This document shows positions 1 through 7,109 of a stretch of 7,109 bases of DNA, in pieces. How positions within the stretch are numbered: the first letter of the stretch is position 1; the number at the start of each line of letters is the position of its first letter. The DNA is from a virus (taxonomy: Duplodnaviria; Heunggongvirae; Uroviricota; Caudoviricetes). The position numbers were made by a program, and so were the translations under genes. The notes beneath the pieces are model-generated. The model had not been told where the DNA came from. It did no database searches and was given only the letters and a program-made list of their open reading frames with translations. Location of the stretch: positions 1-7,109 of the IMG/VR virus record IMGVR_UViG_2737471848_000001. One strand, given 5' to 3'.

Positions 1-82
1 AGTCATATTCGCCCTGACTTTCCAGAACCATACGAACTGCCCGTTGACGGACCTCGGGGGAAAAACGTGTATTTTTAGTCAT
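1..82 (-). CDS. IS3-family transposase OrfA, N-terminal 27 codons only (3' end off-window)
   Basis: ATG at 82..80 with AAGAGG 9 nt upstream; translation MTKNTRFSPEVRQRAVRMVLESQGEYD matches the N-terminus of IS629/IS1203-group OrfA as I recall it. Open to the window edge. Confidence 0.75.
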   Translation of the reverse strand, partial: MTKNTRFSPEVRQRAVRMVLESQGEYD

Positions 83-136
83 CCTGTTTACCTCTTTCTC
101 AGGGAGTTTAGTCTCCAGGATTCCCGGGGCGGTTCA
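1..136 (-). mobile_element. IS3-family insertion sequence, IS629/IS1203-like, left end only (terminal inverted repeat plus start of orfA); element continues beyond window start
   Basis: Minus strand from 136 downward reads TGAACCGCCCCGGGAATCCTGGAGACTAAACTCCCTGAGAAAGAGGTAAACAGG-ATG, a TG-initiated terminal inverted repeat followed by a Shine-Dalgarno (AAGAGG) and an ORF. I recognise this as the IS629-type left end from memory, unverified. Confidence 0.8.
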
Positions 137-640
137 GCTCATGTTGTTGGCGTATGTCTGCCCGGCGTTTGCCTGACCTTGCAGCGCACCAAGCCCAACG
201 TTTGCCAGATTGTTGTAATTGCTCATCTGATTTGATAACCAAGACTGACCGAGTGTCGGCGCGATCGTAGCCAGTTGATTGCTTGTGGCTGTCGAACCAA
301 GTCCACCCGTCGCCTCCGCAGCAGCAAGACTCTGGTAACGCGCCTGCCCTGCAAGGTCTTTATACTGCTGAGAGTTGTAATACTGATTAAGTGCCTGCCC
401 CTGACCTTCTAAACTGGAAAGGTTCTGAAGCTGGTTAACATACTGCTCCGCAAGAGGCGTGAACGGAGCAAGGTTTTTCATGATCGTCTGCCACTGCTGA
501 TTTTGCAGGTCTGCGGCATACTTCTGAGCTTCTGCTGCATATTTTGCGCTTTTATCAGAGTTGCCACCTTTCCCGCCTTTTTCAGGGCAATAAGGTTCCT
601 CACCGCGCAGTTTTCTGCCCAGTTTAAATGCATATAACAT
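134..640 (-). CDS. Ejection (E) protein, P22 gp7-position homolog, apparently C-terminally truncated by the IS insertion (168 codons vs about 229 expected)
   Basis: ATG at 640..638 preceded by GGGAGA; sits where gene 7 lies in P22 order (after gene 14). The stop TGA (136..134) is the first three bases of the IS inverted repeat, so the reading frame runs straight into the IS terminus. Confidence 0.7.
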   Translation of the reverse strand: MLYAFKLGRKLRGEEPYCPEKGGKGGNSDKSAKYAAEAQKYAADLQNQQWQTIMKNLAPFTPLAEQYVNQLQNLSSLEGQGQALNQYYNSQQYKDLAGQARYQSLAAAEATGGLGSTATSNQLATIAPTLGQSWLSNQMSNYNNLANVGLGALQGQANAGQTYANNMS

Positions 641-642
641 GG

Positions 643-1098
643 CTATCTCCCGTGATTCAGGAAGTCGATTAGTTCTTCGCGTGTGGCGCTGTAAAACGTC
701 ACGTCATCCACGCCTTTGAAGTATTTCTTGATGGTTCCTACACGCTTAAGGCCAATCATTGCGCAGTACATCTGACCGTGGCGGAATTTGCGTGCAGCGA
801 ACGATGTGACGCACTGAACGGTGGTGTTAGTCAGAATGTATTTCCAGAACTCCAGCCCGATTTCCTTGCTGAATCCACGAACCTCTGGCAGGTACATGGC
901 GTGGCAATCGAATGTAAGCGGCTGAATCTCCTGATAGTAAACAATGCCGCCAAACTGACCGTGCACGTTAACCTCAAAGTAACGGCATTCAGGCTTGTAA
1001 TCGTATCCATCACCGTTGTTGCTCCCGGCAATAATGTCAGGGTGATTTCCTACTGCTTCTATCAGGTCGATGTTTCGCGTTGGTTTGAACTGAATCAT
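643..1098 (-). CDS. P22 gp14-position protein (head/tail assembly-associated), 151 aa
   Basis: ATG at 1098..1096 overlaps the upstream stop (TAATG); GGAG 7 nt upstream; TAG stop at 645..643. Assigned by gene order between tail needle and gp7 and by size, not by direct sequence recognition. Confidence 0.75.
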   Translation of the reverse strand: MIQFKPTRNIDLIEAVGNHPDIIAGSNNGDGYDYKPECRYFEVNVHGQFGGIVYYQEIQPLTFDCHAMYLPEVRGFSKEIGLEFWKYILTNTTVQCVTSFAARKFRHGQMYCAMIGLKRVGTIKKYFKGVDDVTFYSATREELIDFLNHGR

Positions 1099-1946
1099 TA
1101 CTGCTCCGCGATTATCTTGATGGTTGTGGCAGTAAACGCCGCACCATTTGACTGGATGGTTAACGTACTGCCATTTGTGGCAAGAAATCCGTCTTTATCC
1201 ACGCTGAAGAACGTAGCTAACAGGATGTTGTCGGTTGTTGTCGCCGCATTACGACTGCTAACCAGTGTGTCAGGAACAGAGCCGGAAAAGGTTAGCTGCA
1301 TTGACCTGTTGGCGGTTCCGCTGGGCCACGTCCCGACGATCGACAGCTTGAAGAACAAGGTTTTGTTCTCGTTGAACACAACCATCTTGTTGTTAACGGT
1401 ATCGAAGAATGGCGCTAATGTTCCTGATGACGGCGTGAGCGTTTTCAGCAGACTGACAAGGTTGGTCGGCGCTGTCGGGATGGTTACAGATACGCCAGAG
1501 TAAACAACCTCTGACTTCTTGCGAGTAGTGGCATACTCCAGAGCATCGATGCGAGTTTCATGGTCTGAAAGCGTGTTTTGAATGGCGACAACTTCATCCG
1601 TCAGGTAATCAATATCGTTTTCTGCTGTCGTTAATCGTGAGTCAAGGCTGACTATCGCCGCTTCTGCGTTAGTGATCCTTGTTTCGTGGTCCTGTATCTT
1701 CGCTTCAGCTGATGCCAGTCGAATTTCGTGATCAACCAGAATCACATCCTGCTCATCGTTCCTGACTTGTGCGTCATAAGCGCCCTGTCCGGCCTCGTTG
1801 GCCTTGTTAGCCACGTTACCAACATCAGTGCCCTGTGCGATAACGTAAAGCAGATACGACTGCGAGAAGATATTGCGTGGAAGAACTGATGTATCGAGCC
1901 GCGTAGCTTGGATGATTACCGGCACATTGAGATTCGAATCCGCCAT
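1098..1946 (-). CDS. 26: Tail needle / cell-envelope-penetrating plug protein (P22 gp26 family), 282 aa, with Sf6-like C-terminal knob-type domain
   Basis: N-terminus [43 protein letters not shown] resembles the gp26 N-terminal domain that docks onto gp10; central heptad-like repeats (DHEIRL..DHETRI..DHETRI); C-terminal about 140 aa Ser/Thr-rich beta-type region unlike P22 gp26. ATG overlaps gp10 stop (TAATG), AAGGA SD. Confidence 0.88.
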   Translation of the reverse strand: MADSNLNVPVIIQATRLDTSVLPRNIFSQSYLLYVIAQGTDVGNVANKANEAGQGAYDAQVRNDEQDVILVDHEIRLASAEAKIQDHETRITNAEAAIVSLDSRLTTAENDIDYLTDEVVAIQNTLSDHETRIDALEYATTRKKSEVVYSGVSVTIPTAPTNLVSLLKTLTPSSGTLAPFFDTVNNKMVVFNENKTLFFKLSIVGTWPSGTANRSMQLTFSGSVPDTLVSSRNAATTTDNILLATFFSVDKDGFLATNGSTLTIQSNGAAFTATTIKIIAEQ

Positions 1947-3364
1947 TACTCAATCCTTATCTGGCAGCCAGACAGAGTGACTGGTGACTTCGTGATAACG
2001 CGCAATTTGAAGCCGACATTTTTCCTGATGCGCCCTACTCGTTTCCACAAAACGCGTTTGTCGTAAACGAACGGTTCATTCTGCTCAATCATCTGCTCAC
2101 GTCCGTAATTGATGCCGTCAGTGGTTGCAGAGAGGAACAGTCGGTCGGCGTACTGCGCAACGCCAGTTGACGATTCAACCTCAAGGTCGAAAACTCTGGC
2201 GTTATCTGCTTTGAAGAGTGGAGTAAACAGCAGGTGTTCCTGCTGCTTGTCGTACTGGCTGCTGATATCGAACTGCAATTTCCCGGTCACGGACTCCAGC
2301 TTATCGCCGCACGTTATCTGATTGCCTTCGTAAATGAAGTCGATAGCGCGGTACACATCGTCATACAGGCCTGTTTTCAGCACACACCATTGCGGACCAT
2401 TGGCGCTTGAAGATGCGTCGTAAACAAGAACATGGCGCGGAAGGTGGATAATCAGCAGCTCATGCGCATCAAATCGCAGAGACTCCATCACGCCATCAGC
2501 CAGTTCATCAGCAGTGTAGGAGCGTAGTATTTTCTCAATGCTCGCGCTGGCGATTGGTGATACCTGACCGGAGCCGATGATATACACAGACGGCGCACCT
2601 GTTGCCGGATTGCTGATGAACGCATAAGAATCAGCGAATGGCGTTTTGCAGTAAGTCCCGGCAATACCTTTCTGCACCATCAGCGATGGTTGTGCAACAT
2701 ACAAAGCGGCACCAACGGTGGTTGCACCAGTCAGGGAGAAATATTCAATCGTCGATGAACCAAAGCAGACGATGAAATCTCGCCATGTGCCGATACCGAT
2801 TATTCCGTCAGGCTGTGATTCTGCCCGATATTGTGCGCTGTAGCGGTCAGGATGCGATTCGTCTTCAAGGTCAGTGATAAACCATGAATCGGTGCCGTCT
2901 TTTGACCACGCATAACGCCCACGTAATCGCGTAATGTCGCGGACTGAGCCTAACTCATACTGCGTGAATCCGCTGTCTGCAGGCCAGTTTGAGACGGTTT
3001 TAACCGTGCCATCATAGCGATACTCGACCAGTTGACCATTAACGCCTACAGCCTGAGATGTCCGACCATGAGCCATTGATACGCGACCACTTCCGGAAAC
3101 ATCACCGACTTCGCTTTCGCCCTTATACAGCTTGCCACCACACACGCGATAAACAGCATTCTGCGCCATGTTGTACTCGACGCCTCGTGATACACCGTTC
3201 ACATCAGAACGTTTGGCAATGCCCGGGAATGAGCGAAGATATCCGCTGCTGTTCAGGATTTCTTTGGGTGTAGCCAACATATTCACTGGCAGATAGTCGA
3301 TATAGTCGGCGTTTCGAAAGTCTTTGCCGACACCTTTCATAAGCGGAAGTTGCTGAATCGGCAT
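1946..3364 (-). CDS. 10: Tail accessory factor / tail hub protein (P22 gp10 family), 472 aa
   Basis: 472-aa ORF, same length as P22 gp10 and strongly similar as I recall it (MPIQQLP...); located between gp4 and gp26 homologs; GGGAG SD; stop-start junction TAAATG with gp4. Confidence 0.92.
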   Translation of the reverse strand: MPIQQLPLMKGVGKDFRNADYIDYLPVNMLATPKEILNSSGYLRSFPGIAKRSDVNGVSRGVEYNMAQNAVYRVCGGKLYKGESEVGDVSGSGRVSMAHGRTSQAVGVNGQLVEYRYDGTVKTVSNWPADSGFTQYELGSVRDITRLRGRYAWSKDGTDSWFITDLEDESHPDRYSAQYRAESQPDGIIGIGTWRDFIVCFGSSTIEYFSLTGATTVGAALYVAQPSLMVQKGIAGTYCKTPFADSYAFISNPATGAPSVYIIGSGQVSPIASASIEKILRSYTADELADGVMESLRFDAHELLIIHLPRHVLVYDASSSANGPQWCVLKTGLYDDVYRAIDFIYEGNQITCGDKLESVTGKLQFDISSQYDKQQEHLLFTPLFKADNARVFDLEVESSTGVAQYADRLFLSATTDGINYGREQMIEQNEPFVYDKRVLWKRVGRIRKNVGFKLRVITKSPVTLSGCQIRIE

Positions 3365-3865
3365 TTATTCGCTCCCGTTATCGCAAGGTTCCTTCCGGTG
3401 GAAGTAATTCCAACCGTTCCACTTCGCCAACTGATTACCGCTACCAACAGGCATACGGTTTGGATAACCGGACTTACATTTTGCGGCTTTTGCTCTGTCC
3501 ATTGCAGACAGTTTGACGAGTCGCTCTTTCCCGTATCTGGCAGTGGTTATAAGTTTTGCAGACGCTTCCAGCGCATAATCCGGAGCAATGCGGCAGGCAA
3601 GGTTGAAAATGACGGCATTGATAGCGTTATTTGATAAACCGTGTTTATCGCCAGGATCTGGAGCGACATCTGCATCAGCGAAAATGTAGCCAACGTTGAT
3701 ACCTGGTGACGCATCACCGCCAAGCCATTCAGCCATCATCATTTCAAGGTCGTTAACGCCGTCTTCCATAGACTGCGGTTCGACATCGGTTAACGTGGCA
3801 TTTGATGCCACACCGAGCTTACGTAATGCCGCAAGAACTAAATCACCCTTCGTTGTCAGGTTCAT
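3365..3865 (-). CDS. 4: Head completion / tail accessory factor (P22 gp4 family), 166 aa
   Basis: Preferred start ATG 3865..3863 (AAGG upstream) gives 166 aa beginning [33 protein letters not shown], matching the gp4 N-terminus and length. An in-frame upstream ATG at 3928 would give 187 aa. Confidence 0.85.
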   Translation of the reverse strand: MNLTTKGDLVLAALRKLGVASNATLTDVEPQSMEDGVNDLEMMMAEWLGGDASPGINVGYIFADADVAPDPGDKHGLSNNAINAVIFNLACRIAPDYALEASAKLITTARYGKERLVKLSAMDRAKAAKCKSGYPNRMPVGSGNQLAKWNGWNYFHRKEPCDNGSE

Positions 3866-4067
3866 CTGCTGCCGCCTTAGGTTTTCGACCAGGCTTTTTA
3901 CGCTGTTTTTCTTCTGGCTCTGCAACATCCTTCAAAAGGTCATCAGGATGTGAAAACCAGCCAGCATCCAGATATTCCTGAAGCTCTTCGGCTTTCACGA
4001 TTTCAAAGTCGTATCCAACGCCTTTCCATTTCTTCATGTCTCCATGACGAAAGATCATGTGTGTCAT
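3843..4067 (-). CDS. Small hypothetical protein (74 aa) between coat and gp4; same position as the extra small gene of Sf6-type late operons; function unknown
   Basis: ATG at 4067..4065 with GGAGA 5 nt upstream; acidic body and Lys/Arg/Pro-rich C-terminus ([23 protein letters not shown]); 3' end overlaps the gp4 start by 23 nt. The ORF-track version starts at a GTG at 4115, which I reject. Confidence 0.55.
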   Translation of the reverse strand: MTHMIFRHGDMKKWKGVGYDFEIVKAEELQEYLDAGWFSHPDDLLKDVAEPEEKQRKKPGRKPKAAADEPDNEG

Positions 4068-4079
4068 GCTTGTCTCCAG

Positions 4080-4106
4080 ATAAAAAAGGGAGCCGAAGCT
4101 CCCTCT
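4080..4106 (-). terminator. Rho-independent terminator-like hairpin immediately downstream of the coat gene
   Basis: Minus strand: AGAGGGAGC-TTCG-GCTCCCTTTTTTAT, a GC-rich 6-9 bp stem with a UUCG tetraloop followed by a 6-T run; begins 5 nt after the coat stop codon. Confidence 0.6.
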
Positions 4107-4111
4107 GGTTA

Positions 4112-5407
4112 TCACGCGGTCTGGTTAGGCAGACCAACACCAATTGCCTCTGGTCGTACAGCACATGCTGAATACCACACAGCAATACGGCACTTACCAG
4201 ACAGAGTGTTGATATCACCCTGCGTTGCGAAGATGCCGTTAACACCAATACCAGGAATGCTGAAGGAAGACGTTTTCATGCCAGCAAACAGTTCATGGGT
4301 TACCGGGATCGGCTGAGACAGAAGGCGGATTGAGTCATCAGCCCAGAACACGTTAGCGGTGGTTGTTGCCACGTTCAGAACGTTTACCGGAGTGGTATCA
4401 GCAAGAGAGGTGTTTACGTTAGCGTAAGCCTTCTCTTCTTTTGTCAGTGACGCGTCATCCAGTGCAATCGGTTTCGGCGTGATTTCGATGTGAGTACCAT
4501 CGATCACACGGGTGATTGAGAAAGTAGCATCATCAGTCAGCACGTTCTTCGCCATCTGAGACAGGAATTTCACACCAGTGAAACTGATTTTGTCGCCGCG
4601 CTTAAATCCGGTGGTGGAGGATACGGTCACCGTTGCAACACGGTTGTCGACGTTCTCTTTGTTACCATCGGTATCAAGGGTGTATGCCTGCGGCTTAAAC
4701 TTCTGCGCACCAGAAACAGTTACACCAGTAGCGGTTGACTTGGTAACTGCCGGAAGTTTCGGTGAGCGAAGAATTTCATCAAAGCCAGCAATCTGACGCT
4801 GAATAGTACCGTTGCGATACGCTTCTTCAGGAACGCGCCCGAAGATGTCACCATCTACCAGGTTGCGGCCTGCTTTACGGTAATCGTCAGGGTTCAGGAA
4901 GTAACTGATGCCCATATCGCGGTTTAGCTCACGGGAGAACATCAGGCGCTCTGCATCAGACACAAAATCCCAGCCAGACAGGCCAGTAGATGGACCAATT
5001 GCGCGGGTATCGTGAACAACAAGCGAGCCCATTTCAGTTGCCTGTTTGGCAATCGCTGACTCAATGTTATTCGCCAGTTTTTTGGCGGATGCTTGGATGC
5101 GGCGACGGTAAGAACGCTCATCACGCAGGTCATCTGCACGAAGCTCGAAGAAATCGTTATCCGGATCGCCCATGTTGCATTTCACGGAGAGTTCCAGAAT
5201 CCCGGTTGCGTTGCCAGTTAAATCCCAGCCAGTCTGGGTTGGCGCTTCCTGCTCAACAGGCATCCACACGGTGTTGCTTGAACGCTGCATGGATTCTGCC
5301 GGAGGGGTGTATTTTGTCACTTTTGACGCCATTGGCGTCAGGTTCTGGACGGTTTCGATGATTTCATCCAGAGCATACGTGACCAGTTGACCTTCATTTA
5401 ATGCCAT
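4112..5407 (-). CDS. 5: Major capsid (coat) protein, P22 gp5 type, 431 aa
   Basis: Full-length similarity to P22 coat protein as I recall it (MALNEGQ..., ...[10 protein letters not shown]..., ...[12 protein letters not shown]); AAGGAA SD; start overlaps scaffold stop (TAATG); TGA stop at 4114..4112. Confidence 0.95.
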   Translation of the reverse strand: MALNEGQLVTYALDEIIETVQNLTPMASKVTKYTPPAESMQRSSNTVWMPVEQEAPTQTGWDLTGNATGILELSVKCNMGDPDNDFFELRADDLRDERSYRRRIQASAKKLANNIESAIAKQATEMGSLVVHDTRAIGPSTGLSGWDFVSDAERLMFSRELNRDMGISYFLNPDDYRKAGRNLVDGDIFGRVPEEAYRNGTIQRQIAGFDEILRSPKLPAVTKSTATGVTVSGAQKFKPQAYTLDTDGNKENVDNRVATVTVSSTTGFKRGDKISFTGVKFLSQMAKNVLTDDATFSITRVIDGTHIEITPKPIALDDASLTKEEKAYANVNTSLADTTPVNVLNVATTTANVFWADDSIRLLSQPIPVTHELFAGMKTSSFSIPGIGVNGIFATQGDINTLSGKCRIAVWYSACAVRPEAIGVGLPNQTA

Positions 5408-6318
5408 TATCGAATTCCTTTATTCAGTTGCGCCTTGAGCTTGCGGTATGTCTCTACATCCCCTTTGTTTGCTGCCGCTTCCATCTGCCTTTCAATCGCA
5501 GAGATATTTGCAGCAACAGCGTGTCCATGAATGGGTTCATCAGGTAACGGGGCTTCTGAAACAGGCTTGGCTCGAGGCTTGAGAGTTAAACGTTCTGACA
5601 GTCGAGTGAGTTCAATCAGCGCGGATTGCCCGTTCATCGCCAGCAACTGGCGTGTTTTCTCAGGATTAGCACCAAGGTGATACATGAGAGCGGCGGATTT
5701 CTCCGGGAAGAGGCGCATGATGTCGGCACCGACTGCTGGCGGCACCAGTTGCATGAATGCATCCTCTTTCTCCTGATAGTCAGGGATATTGAGCTTTTCC
5801 GCTGCGTCGTAGTGCTTACGGGCTGCCTCGACGTATTGCGCTGATTGCTGGGTGAACTCCTGAGTTTTGCGACCCTGCTCGGCGACAGCCTGGCTTCGTG
5901 CGTCCATAGCCTTGATCTGCCATTCACTGTTTGCCTGCTGGAAGGCGGCCAGTGCGCGGCTCTGGTCATAGTCGTACTTAGCCAGTGCATCTTCGGAAAG
6001 ATAATCGTTAGGGTCTGGTTGTTTTGGTAACTCAGGGTTCACCCGCAGGTGCTCCGGCAATTCTCCACGCTTAACCGCTTCCATCTGCTGCTCAAGCTCA
6101 CGCTGGCGTTTGCGTTCGATGCGGCGACGGGCAAATTCAGCATTAGTTGCCGGGTCTTGTTTTGGTTTCTCATCGTCTTTCAGGACAATCTCGAAGCCTT
6201 CTTCCTGACCTGCGCTGTCGTTGGCATTATCGACAACTAAGCCATCAGCAGATGCCGCTGCATGATTGCCGGGCAGGGTTAATTCTTCAGAAGCCTGAAT
6301 GTCGGTGGTTTGGTCCAT
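5407..6318 (-). CDS. 8: Scaffolding protein, P22 gp8 type, 303 aa
   Basis: 303 aa, same length as P22 gp8, with highly similar sequence by recall (e.g. [25 protein letters not shown]-terminal [19 protein letters not shown] coat-binding helix-turn-helix region); immediately upstream of coat. Confidence 0.93.
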   Translation of the reverse strand: MDQTTDIQASEELTLPGNHAAASADGLVVDNANDSAGQEEGFEIVLKDDEKPKQDPATNAEFARRRIERKRQRELEQQMEAVKRGELPEHLRVNPELPKQPDPNDYLSEDALAKYDYDQSRALAAFQQANSEWQIKAMDARSQAVAEQGRKTQEFTQQSAQYVEAARKHYDAAEKLNIPDYQEKEDAFMQLVPPAVGADIMRLFPEKSAALMYHLGANPEKTRQLLAMNGQSALIELTRLSERLTLKPRAKPVSEAPLPDEPIHGHAVAANISAIERQMEAAANKGDVETYRKLKAQLNKGIR

Positions 6319-6331
6319 GATTAACTCTCTC

Positions 6332-7072
6332 TTATTGAGGTGTCTCGGCTACTCCGCCGGAGGGGATTTGAACTTGACGCATAAGATTCGCGAAATCCAT
6401 GCGTTGTGAATGAGTCTGGTCTGCATCTTTAAGAAGCAGCTCAGCGTTAGCACGAGCATCTTTGCTGCGCTGTTGCTGGAATTGACCTACGAGCTTGAGG
6501 TACTCACGCAGTTCTGCCTGCTTGTCGAGGTCCATATTGTTGAAGATTTCCGCAATCTTCGCGGCGTTGAGTTGGTTTTGGGCTTCAACCTTGGCGGCTT
6601 CAACCTGAATCTGCGCCTGTTGGTTCTCTGCCTTGAGCAATTCAGCCTGACCTTGCAGAAGGATACCCTGCGCCTGAATTTGCTCTGCTGATGGCTGCTG
6701 CGGCTGCTGTTGAGCCTGCTGTACCATCTCCATCTCTTCAGGTGTTTCTGGTTTCTTCAGCCCCATCATCACCAGTTGCTTGTTCGCGTACTCTCGCATC
6801 ATCTCGACGCCTTTACCATCAAGCAGCGTGAAGTATTGCAGCATCAGCATCTGGAACTCTGGAGTACCTTGTGGAACCTTGGTGAGTAACTCCTGAATCT
6901 CTGCGCGGTTCTGTTCCTTCATACTCTGGAAGGATGGTCCAACGTCCGTATAGCACTCATAGCGACCGCGAATGTCGTTGAGTGTGACCACATTGCCGGA
7001 CTGGTAATCGACAACTTGCGCATAGAGTTGAACGTCTTTCTCGCTTCCATCTTCAAGTGTCAGCGTTACATG
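6332..7072 (-). CDS. 1: Portal protein (P22 gp1 type), C-terminal portion only; 5' end not present in window
   Basis: Frame open from 7072 to stop TAA at 6334..6332; Gln/Ala/Glu-rich C-terminal region ending ...SGGVAETPQ, consistent with the long C-terminal helical barrel of the P22 portal; directly upstream of scaffold. The ORF-track start at 6991 is an internal GTG, not the real start. Confidence 0.85.
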   Translation of the reverse strand, partial: HVTLTLEDGSEKDVQLYAQVVDYQSGNVVTLNDIRGRYECYTDVGPSFQSMKEQNRAEIQELLTKVPQGTPEFQMLMLQYFTLLDGKGVEMMREYANKQLVMMGLKKPETPEEMEMVQQAQQQPQQPSAEQIQAQGILLQGQAELLKAENQQAQIQVEAAKVEAQNQLNAAKIAEIFNNMDLDKQAELREYLKLVGQFQQQRSKDARANAELLLKDADQTHSQRMDFANLMRQVQIPSGGVAETPQ

Positions 7073-7090
7073 TCACGAACGGTGCAATAG

Positions 7091-7109
7091 CTGTCTCTTA
7101 TACACATCT
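7091..7109. other. Tn5/Nextera mosaic-end adapter sequence (CTGTCTCTTATACACATCT), library artefact at contig end
   Basis: Exact 19-nt match to the reverse complement of the Tn5 mosaic end AGATGTGTATAAGAGACAG at the very end of the window. Confidence 0.9.

Noticed and set aside
778-1503. 241-aa plus-strand ORF
   Set aside because: Lies entirely antisense to the gp14-type and tail-needle genes, has no SD or recognisable protein features, and its composition looks like a shadow ORF of the well-supported minus-strand genes.
3365-3928. 187-aa extended version of gp4
   Set aside because: The internal ATG at 3865 gives the known 166-aa length and conserved N-terminus; the extension was not ruled out and is kept as a finding.
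3843-4115. 90-aa version of the small ORF starting at GTG 4115
   Set aside because: That start would begin inside the coat stop codon region and translate through the terminator hairpin; the ATG at 4067 with a well-spaced GGAGA SD is far more plausible.
831-5990. Minus-strand alternate-frame ORFs (831-1031, 4003-4248, 4942-5139, 5634-5990)
   Set aside because: Same-strand out-of-frame overlaps with strongly supported genes (gp14-type, coat, scaffold); products are Cys/Arg-rich and low-complexity, typical of spurious frames.
44-6691. Remaining plus-strand ORFs in the track (44-235, 2109-2321, 3058-3273, 3350-3634, 3696-3953, 3950-4171, 4044-4316, 4578-4796, 4990-5361, 5172-5390, 5626-5844, 5845-6030, 6049-6240, 6410-6691)
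   Set aside because: All are short and embedded antisense within confidently assigned minus-strand structural genes (or the IS orfA); no independent support.
6332-6991. Portal ORF start at 6991 as listed in the track
   Set aside because: It is an internal GTG codon; the frame stays open upstream to 7072 and the true start is outside the window.
1-7109. Search for CRISPR arrays, tRNA/rRNA genes, toxin-antitoxin or other defence islands
   Set aside because: No direct-repeat/spacer periodicity, no tRNA-like structure, and no intergenic space large enough; all coding capacity is accounted for by phage morphogenesis genes and the IS.

Overview
The whole window is the virion-assembly (late) gene block of a P22-like podovirus prophage (Lederbergvirus type), with every credible gene on the minus strand. 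Reading 5'->3' on the minus strand (high to low coordinates): portal C-terminal part (gene 1 type), scaffolding protein (gene 8 type, 303 aa), P22-type coat protein (gene 5 type, 431 aa), an intrinsic-terminator-like hairpin, a small unknown ORF (74 aa), gp4-type head-completion protein (166 aa), gp10-type tail hub protein (472 aa), a tail needle (gp26 type, 282 aa, with a non-P22 C-terminal domain), a gp14-position protein (151 aa), and a gp7-position ejection protein that ends exactly at the terminus of an IS3-family insertion sequence (IS629/IS1203-like) occupying positions 1-136. The last 19 bases (7091-7109) are the Tn5/Nextera mosaic-end adapter, i.e. library contamination rather than biology. 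Genes are tightly packed with TAATG/TAAATG stop-start junctions and Shine-Dalgarno motifs. I found no CRISPR array, tRNA/rRNA, or recognisable defence or anti-defence cargo. The most noteworthy items are the IS-disrupted ejection gene, the terminator plus small ORF between coat and gp4, and the mosaic tail needle. Protein identities are from my recollection of P22/Sf6 proteins and gene order, not from database searches.
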